From Clostridia bacterium (GTDB lineage Bacteria; Bacillota; Clostridia; UBA1212; DUPL01), in the NCBI GenBank assembly GCA_050951325.1, contig JBMNIW010000012.1, forward strand, positions 512,001 through 576,000: a DNA stretch of 64,000 bases. The letters are read 5' to 3'. The position numbers were made by a program, and so were the translations under genes. Below are positions 49,792-61,503 of this stretch, one piece after another. Under the pieces are notes generated by a model, which saw only the letters and a program-made list of their open reading frames with translations, did not search any database and was not told the DNA's origin. Each line of letters opens with the position of its first letter. Positions within the stretch are counted from its first letter, which is position 1.

Positions 49792-50562
49792 ATGAGAAAA
49801 TTACTTTGTTTTGCTATCATAGTGACGGTACTGTGTCTTGGTGTTGTACATGCGGAAGAAGGTCACAAAATATATTATTTTACCGATGCATCCATTGCTG
49901 ATGCCATAAATAATTCAGAACTTACAAAAAATGCATCTGCCCAGGTGGCGGATGAAACATTGAGAATTACCTTGACCAAGGGAGCGGAAGATCCCCATTT
50001 CATGCTGCCTGTTGAAGGCATGAATGCCGTGGGCGGCGAGGACAACATACTTGCCATATGCGTCAAGACCACATTCCGAACCTTTGAGTACGATTATGCG
50101 TATGCCACCTTTGTTACTGAGGAAGGGGAGGGGGTAGTCACCGCCAACTCTTATGCGGTTACCGAGCGCTGGCAGGTAATATATTTCAGACTAGGTTCCA
50201 ACGAGAATTACAAGGGCAACCTCAAATCCATAAGAATAGATCCGTTTGAAAATGCACCCGACACGGAAGACGATTTGTTGTATCAGATTAAATGGTTTGG
50301 ATTTTTTAAGGATATTAATAGTGCAAATGAGTTTGCGAAGGATTACCTTAAGGAAATAAATCCAACGATGGCACCGGGAGAGACTGAAGTTCCTCACAAA
50401 ACTTCAACGCCACCGCCGGGATCATACGAAGATAATTCCATATGGGGATTTGTATGGACAATAGTTGCCATGCTGGCAGCCACTGTTGTCATTACTTACT
50501 TTTTGGAAAAAATGAGAAAGAAGGAAATGGAGAAAAGCAAAACGAAAAAGAAAATGCGCTAG
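49792..50562 (+). CDS. Secreted, C-terminally anchored protein with CBM-like beta-sandwich
   Basis: Signal peptide (VHA), DPHF, WQVIYF...IRIDPF, IKWFGFF; Pro/Thr linker, TM, basic tail. Confidence 0.65.
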   Translation: MRKLLCFAIIVTVLCLGVVHAEEGHKIYYFTDASIADAINNSELTKNASAQVADETLRITLTKGAEDPHFMLPVEGMNAVGGEDNILAICVKTTFRTFEYDYAYATFVTEEGEGVVTANSYAVTERWQVIYFRLGSNENYKGNLKSIRIDPFENAPDTEDDLLYQIKWFGFFKDINSANEFAKDYLKEINPTMAPGETEVPHKTSTPPPGSYEDNSIWGFVWTIVAMLAATVVITYFLEKMRKKEMEKSKTKKKMR

Positions 50563-51725
50563 ATTGGATTATCTAATCGAATAAAGCAGCGGTATCTTCC
50601 ATCCAGTTCTTTAACTTTCTTGTTTATCCTATCAACTGCCTGGGTCTTTTCCTTGCTCGACATACTAAAAGGAACTACCAAATCAAAAAGCAGATTGACC
50701 CTGTTTTCGCCATCCGTAATCCTGAAGTCGTGGATGCTGAATTCAGGGTTTATGTTTTTTACAATTTCATTTACAATATCTCTGTATTTGCTTGTCTTTT
50801 CATCGTTCATGGATATGGGGTCCATGTGTATGACAATATCCACTCCCAGCTCCTCGTATATTTTAATTTCGGTAAGATCAATGGTTTCGTGAATCTTTAC
50901 CACACTGACATGGTCGGGGACCTCCACATGAACCGATGCAATAAAGTTTCCAGGTCCATATTCATGCACCAGCAAATCATGGAATCCATAGATTCCATCC
51001 ACATTGCTTAGAATTTCGTTAATCTTTGTCACAAGCTCGGGGCTTGGAGGCGTTCCAATCAAAATATCAATAACTTCCTTGGCAGTATCAAATCCTGACT
51101 TGATTATGATTAAAGAAACAACCATTCCTATATAACCATCTGCATTTATGTTTAGGTAATAAGAGATGAGAGTAGATACTATAACTGCGGAAGTTGCAAA
51201 CACATCATTCAAACTATCTGCTGCTGCAGTTTTCAGTATTTTTGAATTTATAAGTTTCCCCATGTATCTGTTGTAGGAAAACATCCATAGTTTTAGCAGT
51301 ACAGAGCAGGTTAGAACAACAACTAAAGCAGGATTAAAACTTATCTTTTGTGGATTTAGAATCTTTGCAAAGGAAGTTCTGGCAAGTTCAAATCCTACAG
51401 CAAAAATAATTGCAGAAACAATAAGTGATACAATATACTCTATTCTTCCGTGCCCGAAAGGATGCTCTTTATCGGGTTTCTTGGTAGCAAGTTTTGCACC
51501 AATTATAGCAAAAAGGGACGAACTTGTATCAGTAAGGTTGTTAAATGCATCGGAAATTATGGCAATACTGTGCATAGCAAAGCCGATAAAAAACTTTGTA
51601 GCAAACAATATTAGATTTATTGCTATGCCCAATGTGCCTGCAAGAAAACCATATCTTTTTCTTACATCCGGAAGATTTGTTTTTTGGTGGTTGGGAATAA
51701 ACTTTTTAATCAGTAGCTTTATCAT
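50559..51725 (-). CDS. Cation diffusion facilitator family transporter
   Basis: SDAFNNLTD, DKEHPFGHGRIEY, DSLND, HDLLVHEYGPG. Confidence 0.92.
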   Translation of the reverse strand: MIKLLIKKFIPNHQKTNLPDVRKRYGFLAGTLGIAINLILFATKFFIGFAMHSIAIISDAFNNLTDTSSSLFAIIGAKLATKKPDKEHPFGHGRIEYIVSLIVSAIIFAVGFELARTSFAKILNPQKISFNPALVVVLTCSVLLKLWMFSYNRYMGKLINSKILKTAAADSLNDVFATSAVIVSTLISYYLNINADGYIGMVVSLIIIKSGFDTAKEVIDILIGTPPSPELVTKINEILSNVDGIYGFHDLLVHEYGPGNFIASVHVEVPDHVSVVKIHETIDLTEIKIYEELGVDIVIHMDPISMNDEKTSKYRDIVNEIVKNINPEFSIHDFRITDGENRVNLLFDLVVPFSMSSKEKTQAVDRINKKVKELDGRYRCFIRLDNPI

Positions 51726-51741
51726 GTTTTACCTTTCATAT

Positions 51742-51776
51742 AAAATTACCCCAAGTATCGGAAGCCGATACCTGGG
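51742..51776 (-). terminator. Hairpin/terminator after the flavin oxidoreductase gene
   Basis: CCCAAGTATCGG-AAG-CCGATACCTGGG, with AATTTT following on the minus strand. Confidence 0.55.
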
Positions 51777-51798
51777 TTTGATGGAGTCTTATCCTAAA

Positions 51799-53721
51799 CT
51801 AGATTTCAAGCGCCAGTCTTGCGCCTTCCTCTATAGCATGAATCGCTTTGCGTACCTGTTTTGCATCGCCAATTACGTGAACTTCCACCTTGTCTTTCAA
51901 GTCCTCATAAAAAGGATTGTATGACACGGAACCGATTGCCATTACGATGGTATCAAAGCCTTCCAGGTCAATGGCTCCCTGCAGGTTGACGCAAGCCACG
52001 GTTCTTTCTGTTATGTTTTCAACTCTGGTATCTGTAAGAATCTCAACGCCGGCTTCCTGTAATGTCTTAAGCAGGAAGTATTTTATGTTTGGGTTAAGGT
52101 CGCTTCCAACCTGAGCCTGCATCTCGATAATTGTTGCCCTTCTGTTCTGACTTATTACGTGCTCTGCAGTCTCAAGGCCAACCATTCCACCGCCGACAAT
52201 CAATACGTTGTCTCCCAAAAATGCCTTGCCGTCCAAAACGTCGATGGCATTAACTACAGGCTTTTCGGTTGGAACAGGGCAATCCAGAGGAACGCCGCCG
52301 GTAGCAAGGACCACCACATCGGGCTCAAGAGTCATTACGCTTTCCACAGTTGCCTCTGTATTAAGCCTTATGTCAACACCATATTTCTTGCACATTGTAA
52401 TATAATAGCCAATGGCACGACTTATTTCATGCTTGTTGGGTGGAACTGCTGCAGGTATCATCTGACCGCCAAGTCTGTTGGATTTCTCCAGAAGGATAAC
52501 CTCATGGCCCCTTTTTGCAGAAAGCCATGCGCATTCAAGACCGCCAGGGCCTCCGCCTACGATAACAACTTTCTTTGCGTTCTCAGCAGGTTTTAAAACC
52601 CAGGTGCTCTCGTGTCCTGTAAATGGGTTTACCATGCAGGAAACTCCCTTATCATTAGGATCGCATCCTGGCTCTCCGTTACATCTTGTCAGGCATCCAA
52701 TACAAGGAGAGATTTCGTTTATCCTGTTTTCCTTGACCTTGTTCGGGAATTCAGGATCTGCTATAGCGGCTCTTCCAAGAGCTACATAATCAGCTGCTTC
52801 ATTCTCAATGATTGTTTCAGCAAGTAATGGATCATTGATTCTTCCAACAGCGATTACAGGTACATTAACTGACTTTTTAACTGCGGCTGCAGCCCATATG
52901 TTGAAGCCCGCCTTTACATTGGCTGGTGGAACCATCCATGGCATGCTTGCGTACACGCCGAGGGAAACGTGGATGGCATCAGCGCCTGCAGCTTCAAGAA
53001 GTTTTGCAATTGCAACTGCTTCCTCGATTTCACGGCCGCCGTGTACTTTTTCCTCACCGCTGATTCTGAAGATTACAGGGAAATCGTCACCGCATTTCTG
53101 CTTTATGTTCTTGATGATTTCAGTTGAAAATCTTGCTCTGTTGACCAAATCCCCGCCAAATTCATCTGTTCTTTTATTTGAATAGCCAGACAAAAATTGT
53201 GCTGGCAAGTATCCGTGTGCTCCATGTATCTCAACTCCGTCAAAGCCTGCTTTTTTGGCTCTTACTGCTGCATCCCCGAATTTTTCAATAATTTCATACA
53301 CTTCTTCAGTTGTAAGTGCTCTGGGGATTTCCTTGTTTACAGGACATGGAATTGCTGATGGTGCCACAGGCTGCATTCCTGTGAAATATGAATTGGTTTG
53401 TCTTCCGGAATGCTGAATTTGTAAAAAGATTTTGCTCTTTGTTTCGTGAACAGCATCCGTAAGCTTTTTGAAACCTTCAATATAGTCATCGGAGGTAATC
53501 AAAAGTTGTCCTGGGAGGGCTTTTCCTGGCAAGTCTACGCATGTAAATTCGGTAATGATAAGGCCGAATCCACCCTTTGCTCTTGCCACATAGTAGTCAA
53601 TAATCTTCTGACCTACCCTGCCGTCATCTGTTCCATGGTTTGAACCCATAGCAGGCATGACAAATCTGTTTTCCAATTTGACACTGCCTATTTTTCCTTT
53701 TGATAATACATTACTAAACAT
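51799..53721 (-). CDS. NADH:flavin oxidoreductase (OYE/2,4-dienoyl-CoA reductase-like; FMN, 4Fe-4S, FAD)
   Basis: NRFVMPAM, EIHGAHGYL, NKRTDEFGG, CIGCLTRC, GGGPGG, GGGMVG. Confidence 0.92.
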   Translation of the reverse strand: MFSNVLSKGKIGSVKLENRFVMPAMGSNHGTDDGRVGQKIIDYYVARAKGGFGLIITEFTCVDLPGKALPGQLLITSDDYIEGFKKLTDAVHETKSKIFLQIQHSGRQTNSYFTGMQPVAPSAIPCPVNKEIPRALTTEEVYEIIEKFGDAAVRAKKAGFDGVEIHGAHGYLPAQFLSGYSNKRTDEFGGDLVNRARFSTEIIKNIKQKCGDDFPVIFRISGEEKVHGGREIEEAVAIAKLLEAAGADAIHVSLGVYASMPWMVPPANVKAGFNIWAAAAVKKSVNVPVIAVGRINDPLLAETIIENEAADYVALGRAAIADPEFPNKVKENRINEISPCIGCLTRCNGEPGCDPNDKGVSCMVNPFTGHESTWVLKPAENAKKVVIVGGGPGGLECAWLSAKRGHEVILLEKSNRLGGQMIPAAVPPNKHEISRAIGYYITMCKKYGVDIRLNTEATVESVMTLEPDVVVLATGGVPLDCPVPTEKPVVNAIDVLDGKAFLGDNVLIVGGGMVGLETAEHVISQNRRATIIEMQAQVGSDLNPNIKYFLLKTLQEAGVEILTDTRVENITERTVACVNLQGAIDLEGFDTIVMAIGSVSYNPFYEDLKDKVEVHVIGDAKQVRKAIHAIEEGARLALEI

Positions 53722-53800
53722 ACTTTTTCATCTCCTTCTAAGTATAATGTTTGAGAATGTTTATGTTGATACAGTGTATTCCAGTTAAATTGTTTGTTAC

Positions 53801-54931
53801 TTATTTAACTAGTGCCAATATTGTACCTAACATATTTGGAATGTCAATACTCTGAGGACATTTCTCCATACAATTTTTACAGTCCGTACAATTGCCTGCC
53901 TGTCTGCTGCTTTCAATATCATTAAGCCTTGCCTTAAGTCTGTCCTTATCCATGTCCAGAACATAATCGTTGTATATATCAAACACTTTTGGAATATCAA
54001 CAGTAGATGGACAATCCAGGCAGTACCTGCAGTTCGTGCAAGGTACCTTGTCTTTCTCTCGATAGATGCGTAAAGCTTTCTCAAGATACTCGTATTCTTC
54101 ATTCCCAAGAGGCTCGAAATTGTTTATTGTGTTTACGTTGTCGACAATCTGCTCCATGTTGGACATGCCGCTAAGTATGGTCTGCACATTAGGGAGGGAT
54201 GCACAGTATCTTATAGCCCAGGAAGCAATACTTTTGTCCGGTCTCAGACTCTTAAGCAAGTTGTTGGCTTTCTCTCCCAGTTCCGCAAGAGCGCCGCCTC
54301 TAACAGGTTCCATAACAATACAAGGTATATTCTTCTCCTCCAAAAGTCTATACTGGGTTTTTGCATCCTGCAGTTCCCAATCCAGATAATTTAGCTGGAT
54401 TTGCGCAAAGTCCCACTCAAACTCGTCTATGAGCTGTTTAAGCACCTGCGGAGTATCGTGGAAAGAAAATCCCAGCTTGCGAATTTTGCCTTCTTTCTTT
54501 TTCTTCATCAAGAACTCGTAACAGTTGTACTTGTAGAAGTTTGGCAGAGTACTCTGGTTGACAGAATGATAAAGATAGTAGTCGATATAGTCGGTTTGAA
54601 GACGTCTAAGCTGTTCATTGAAAATGTTGTCCAGATCCTCTTCTGTTTTTAAGGCCCAACCGGGCATTTTTGTAGCTAAAAGATAAGTATCTCTCGGAAA
54701 CTCCTTTAGAGCTTTTCCTGTAAACTCCTCACTGGTTCCTCCATGATAAAAGTATGCGGTATCATAATACGTTATACCGTTTTCGTATGCGTAATTAACT
54801 ATTTCTTTTGCTTTATCGTAATCAATGTCTTCCTTGTCATTTTGAATCCTGGGTAGTCTCATAAGTCCCAGTCCTAATTTTGATGGTTTCAACACACTCA
54901 CCCCTGTTGTCTTTTGTGTATAATATATCAT
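53801..54931 (-). CDS. Aldo/keto reductase with C-terminal 4Fe-4S dicluster
   Basis: GLGLMRLP, YYDTAYFY, GFSFH, MEPVRGG, CTNCRYC, CTDCKNCMEKCPQ. Confidence 0.92.
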   Translation of the reverse strand: MIYYTQKTTGVSVLKPSKLGLGLMRLPRIQNDKEDIDYDKAKEIVNYAYENGITYYDTAYFYHGGTSEEFTGKALKEFPRDTYLLATKMPGWALKTEEDLDNIFNEQLRRLQTDYIDYYLYHSVNQSTLPNFYKYNCYEFLMKKKKEGKIRKLGFSFHDTPQVLKQLIDEFEWDFAQIQLNYLDWELQDAKTQYRLLEEKNIPCIVMEPVRGGALAELGEKANNLLKSLRPDKSIASWAIRYCASLPNVQTILSGMSNMEQIVDNVNTINNFEPLGNEEYEYLEKALRIYREKDKVPCTNCRYCLDCPSTVDIPKVFDIYNDYVLDMDKDRLKARLNDIESSRQAGNCTDCKNCMEKCPQSIDIPNMLGTILALVK

Positions 54932-54981
54932 TTTTTTAGTCCCTTTCCAAATATTTATTAAAAAGTTTAAAAGGGACAGAC

Positions 54982-55008
54982 ACGTTAAACTCGTCCTGTT
55001 CATATGAT
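54982..55008 (+). promoter_or_regulatory. Putative SigK/SigE-type promoter of sigK
   Basis: AC-17 bp-CATATGAT matches the mother-cell consensus AC-N16-18-CATA---T. Confidence 0.5.
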
Positions 55009-55041
55009 GTTATGTAACGGTATTATCGGAGTTGCAGATGT

Positions 55042-55698
55042 ATGAATATGACGGGTTATATACACAGCGGAAATGCTTTCCCAAAACCTCTTACATATGA
55101 AGAGGAAAAAATGTATGTCGAAAGAATGCAAAGCGGGGATATGGAAGCCCGGAATATTCTCATTGAACGAAATCTGCGCTTGGTTGCACATATGGCGAAA
55201 AAGTATGTATCACCAAACGTGAGCAATGATGATCTGATTTCTATAGGAACGATTGGACTAATAAAAGCGGTATCTACATTTGACTCTACAAAGGGCAGCA
55301 AGCTGGGAACTTATGCTGTCAAATGCATACAGAATGAAATTCTCATGTACATGAGGACCGGCAAAAAACATCAGAATGAAGTATCGCTCCATGATCCTGT
55401 AGGAATTGATCCGGAGGGCAATGAGATTACTCTGGTTGACTTGCTTTGTAATGAAGAGGAGAGTATCATAGATGAGCTTGATTGCAAATTTAAAACAAAA
55501 AAGCTCAGGGAACAAATAAAGAAAGTATTGGAAGGAAGAGAAAGGAAGGTTATCGAATTAAGATACGGTATCCTGAATGGAATTGAAAAGACTCAAAAGG
55601 AAGTAGGGAATATGCTAGGCATTTCGAGGTCCTATGTTTCCAGAATAGAAAAACATGCTCTTGAAAAACTTTACTCAAGCATGGAAACACAGAACTGA
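55042..55698 (+). CDS. sigK: Sporulation sigma factor SigK
   Basis: AFPKPL, LIERNLRLVAH, DDLISIGTIGLIKA, CIQNEILM, GISRSYVSRIEK. Confidence 0.9.
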   Translation: MNMTGYIHSGNAFPKPLTYEEEKMYVERMQSGDMEARNILIERNLRLVAHMAKKYVSPNVSNDDLISIGTIGLIKAVSTFDSTKGSKLGTYAVKCIQNEILMYMRTGKKHQNEVSLHDPVGIDPEGNEITLVDLLCNEEESIIDELDCKFKTKKLREQIKKVLEGRERKVIELRYGILNGIEKTQKEVGNMLGISRSYVSRIEKHALEKLYSSMETQN

Positions 55699-55709
55699 CT
55701 TTGGAGCAT

Positions 55710-55748
55710 AAAAAAGGGTGGTTACGACAGTGTAACCACCTTGTTTTC
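55710..55748. terminator. Bidirectional terminator
   Basis: AAAAAAG-GGTGGTTAC-N6-GTAACCACC-TTGTTTT between convergent genes. Confidence 0.75.
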
Positions 55749-56768
55749 TTTAGCTGATTCATATATTGCAAGCACAAGTTCAACTGATTTTCTGCCTTCA
55801 TAACCGTCTACAAGGAATGATGCACCGTTGTCAATGGAGTCAATGAGGTTTGCATAAACACCTACATGGCCAAATCCATATACGCTTGTTGTGTGATAAC
55901 TTAGATTTGTGATATCCTTGTCAATTGGCATTTCTTCGTCAAACTTCCATTCAAGTATTTTGTTTAGGCCAAGTCCTCCAAGTTTAACAAATCCTTTTTC
56001 CCCAATAACAGTGAGGCTGCCTTCGTAATCGCCGATGGAGGTCAGCATTGTTACATTCATGTTGCCTATGGCGCCGTTTTCAAACCTGATAATGGCGCTT
56101 CCTGTATCTTCGGCCTCAATTTTCCTGCCCAGATGATCTATGAAAGCGGATACGTTCTTAATGTTTCCCCCGACTCTCTGTACCAGGTCTGCATAGTGTA
56201 CCGCCTGGTTCATAAAGGCTCCGCCGTCAAGCTTCCATGTACCTCTCCAGTCATCGCTGTTGTAGTAATTCTGTCCTCTGTACCAGTACACATTCGACTG
56301 GACCATGTATATCTTGCCAAAGCGATTTGCATCTACTGCCTCTATAAGGGCGGAGCATGTGGGGTTGAGCCTGTTCTGCTTTACTACAAAAAGCTTTACG
56401 TTGTTTTCCTCGCAAGCCTTTATGAGATTATCGACTTCTTCCAAATCACATCCCATGGGTTTTTCAGTAAGTACATGGATGCCTTTCTTGGCAGCCTTTA
56501 TGCCGTGTTCGGGATGCATGCCGCTAGGTGTGCATACTGCAATAACATCTAATTCTTCCTTGTCCAGCATCTCGTCCATAGATGTGTAGCAGTTGACTTC
56601 GGTTTCGTTTGTCTTGCTTATGTAACTTTCTTTTGCCAGTAGTGCCTTTTCTTCCATAATGTCGCACAAGGCAACCAATTTTATTTTGTTTTCCTTGTAG
56701 TGGCGGGCAACCGCATCAAGATGGATTCCGCTTATTCGCCCGCAACCAACGAGTGCATATCTAAGCAT
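55722..56768 (-). CDS. Gfo/Idh/MocA oxidoreductase (WlbA/WbpB-like nucleotide-sugar dehydrogenase)
   Basis: GCGRIS, TPSGMH, EKPM, FVVKQNRLN, WRGTWKLDGGAFMNQ, SVYGFGH. Confidence 0.85.
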   Translation of the reverse strand: MLRYALVGCGRISGIHLDAVARHYKENKIKLVALCDIMEEKALLAKESYISKTNETEVNCYTSMDEMLDKEELDVIAVCTPSGMHPEHGIKAAKKGIHVLTEKPMGCDLEEVDNLIKACEENNVKLFVVKQNRLNPTCSALIEAVDANRFGKIYMVQSNVYWYRGQNYYNSDDWRGTWKLDGGAFMNQAVHYADLVQRVGGNIKNVSAFIDHLGRKIEAEDTGSAIIRFENGAIGNMNVTMLTSIGDYEGSLTVIGEKGFVKLGGLGLNKILEWKFDEEMPIDKDITNLSYHTTSVYGFGHVGVYANLIDSIDNGASFLVDGYEGRKSVELVLAIYESAKENKVVTLS

Positions 56769-56779
56769 AAACGCCTCCA

Positions 56780-57292
56780 TTATTTGTTCGTAAGGAAAGT
56801 GGGTGCGCTTTTGGGCGCTTTTCCTTTTATTACTTCATGGTAATATTTATATGTCATAGGTTCTCCATCGGTTACACAAGTATCAACGAGCTTTCCTATT
56901 AATATGTCATGAGTGTCCACGTTTATATGGTCTACAAGGTCAAAGCATAAAAAGCCCGTGCAATTTTCAAGTATTCTGGGAAGACCATTACAATCCTCAT
57001 ACTCAATTCCGCCCATTTTATCCCTGTTCCTTCCGGATGCAAAACCAAGTCTTTGTATGACTTCTCTGGGAGTATCGACGGAAAGTATGCTGATTCCATA
57101 CTTTTTTGTCCTCTTTATAACTTCATTTGTATAGCTGTCCTTGTTAAGGCTGATTGCCATATAGATAGGTTCAAAAGAAGTGACCTGAATCAGGGTGTTG
57201 ATTATACATCCTGTGGGTCTTCCGTTGTCGTTAACTGTTAGTGCATATAGTCCATATGAAATGTCGCTTAATACTTCCAAATCCAAAGTCAA
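56780..57292 (-). CDS. Flavin reductase-like protein
   Basis: ISYGLY, GCIINT, GFASGR.DK, PMTYKYYH, KAPKSAPT. Confidence 0.85.
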   Translation of the reverse strand: MTLDLEVLSDISYGLYALTVNDNGRPTGCIINTLIQVTSFEPIYMAISLNKDSYTNEVIKRTKKYGISILSVDTPREVIQRLGFASGRNRDKMGGIEYEDCNGLPRILENCTGFLCFDLVDHINVDTHDILIGKLVDTCVTDGEPMTYKYYHEVIKGKAPKSAPTFLTNK

Positions 57293-57317
57293 TCACCTTG
57301 TGTAATTAATTGTTTGA

Positions 57318-57346
57318 ATTGTATAACTATAATCTGTATTTGTCAA
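57318..57346 (-). promoter_or_regulatory. SigA promoter of the flavin reductase / oxidoreductase pair
   Basis: Minus strand TTGACA-17 bp-TACAAT. Confidence 0.7.
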
Positions 57347-57495
57347 CCCGTTTTGTAGCAAATTTTGAGGCTTGGAGGATACAGACATGCGCTAATTCTT
57401 CAATGATGTCTGAATTGTGCATGGACTGGTACAAAATAAACTAGATTAATTCCCTAAGGTATATAGAATATGTAAAAGAAAATCAGAATAGGAGT

Positions 57496-59330
57496 ATGAA
57501 AATGAAGTGGATAGGACTACCATATGAAGCAAAAGAGAACGAAGACGTTGACTACCTATACATTGTAGGTGGTTACCATTCTGTTGATAGCGGAACAGAA
57601 GTCTGGGGCACCACCAGCTATGATAAGATAAGACTTATTGGAGATGGAATGGGTGCTATTGTAATTACATATGAAAGTGGTGCTGTGGATAAAGTGCCTC
57701 TCATATTTGGCTACACCCTTTGGTATTACAAACCCTGGAAGCTCTACAAGGCCCCCTTTGACGGACCAGGGAAGGATGAGAACATGGTAAGTCTTCTTAA
57801 CGAGGCTTTGCATCTTTACGGTGCCATTGAAGGACGTGAAGATTGCGTTCTCAAGGTTAAGCTGAGGGGCGAGAAAGTAATAAGTATAGAAGTGGAGGAC
57901 AATAAAGAAAAAGCAGGCAGTCCAGTGATAAAGGGAGCATATATAGTTTCAGGCGAAGTTAATCAGCTTACAGGCGGTATTGTATCAATCTGTACCGAGG
58001 AAGACTTTTTTAAAAGGTATGTTATTGACTCGCAAAATCCATATCCCGACAATGTAAGGAAAGCCATAGAGGAAATAAGAAAAAGGCTGTACACCTTTGA
58101 GGAAGATTACACTAAAGAACCCATTCCCTTTGAGTATGAAGAGAATTACGACGGAGTCAAAGTACGTTTTTATGGGAACAATATTGCAAAAATTGCAAAC
58201 GGTGTGTTTTATCATAATCTGAAGAATCTTTCTGAAAGAGTGGATGAAGACGGGCTTCTTCACGAATCCAGCAAAAACGCACCTGAATCCTTTGACAGCT
58301 TTGGGACATGGAAACATGACGCTGGTACATTTTATGGAAGATTCTACACACGAAACAGAAGCTTCTCTGTGCTTGCTGCCTTTGGGTACAAGGAGCTGGC
58401 GGATAGGGCTGTGGGGTATGCCAACAGAAAGATGATGTGGCTAAAGTTTGGAGAGAGACGGCAGAGTACATGAAAAAGGGAATAGAGTCATACATGCTAA
58501 GACCCGAAACCAACAAGTGGCATAGGTTTGGATTCCTGCATGACCCTGTCCTTTCAATGCTTGCAGATGTGTACGGTTTTGACAAGGATGACGTCCCGCA
58601 AAAGGATTGGCTTGAATATTCAAATAACACCTACCCCGATGATGTAAGGTCTGTGACCATTAGCGACCATCATGGAGGAAGGGGTGGTCTTGGTTACAAT
58701 CACTGCATTATGACTCAAAATGTTCTGCTTACAGACCATATGAATGATGCCACAAAGTTTGTGGAAAACCTTACTAAAATATGCTATGCCCCAAGAAGGG
58801 ACAACCCATATATCGCACCTGAGAAGTTTTCATATGATTCGGTTAATGGTCTGTATATGAAGCAGGGAGATTTGGGCAACCTTTATCAATTGGTGGAGGT
58901 GTTGAGATGCTATCGTACAGTACTGGGCATATGTTTCAGCAATGATGGAGTATTGAAAATAATCCCCAGACTGCCATACGAGTGGGGTGTGGAAATTGCA
59001 AATATGCCAATTGAAGGTACAGATGCTCATCTGGCATTAAATGTAACATACCCAAAGGATGGAGTTCAATTGGCTGTTCTTCAGCTATCCAAAGAATGTG
59101 CTGTTGGCAGGGCAAAGATCCGTTTTGGTCCTTTCCCAATGAATACAACGTCATGCAGCGTGCAAATAAATGGAAAAGATGTTGGTTGTGAGCTTGTTGA
59201 ATCAGGAGACAGCAAATGGGCAATAGTTGAGTTTGTTCCAACCGAGAGAACGGAAATTGCTGCTTTGTATGCTTGCGGTTGTACTCTGCCACAAGAGTTT
59301 AAAATTAAAGAAAACATTACCAACAGTTGA
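57496..59330 (+). pseudogene. Split hypothetical gene, possibly an (alpha/alpha)6 glycosidase-like protein with internal deletion/frameshift
   Basis: Overlapping ORFs 57496..58473 and 58437..59330 switch frame near 58440; second ORF has no RBS; IIPRLPYEW is typical of the C-terminal part of six-hairpin glycosidases. Confidence 0.5.
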
Positions 59331-59393
59331 TTGTCACTGAATCTTATAGGGCATAATAAATAGGAAGAATTATACATGTTATTGTACATATAA

Positions 59394-61408
<2,015 letters not shown>

Positions 61409-61503
61409 TTTTAGTTGCCGGTAATATTTATTTATGGTATACTTTGAAAATGCACCTGGAACAAGGGTTTTGGGCATGAATTAGAGTAGGAGGAATAATT
61501 TTT

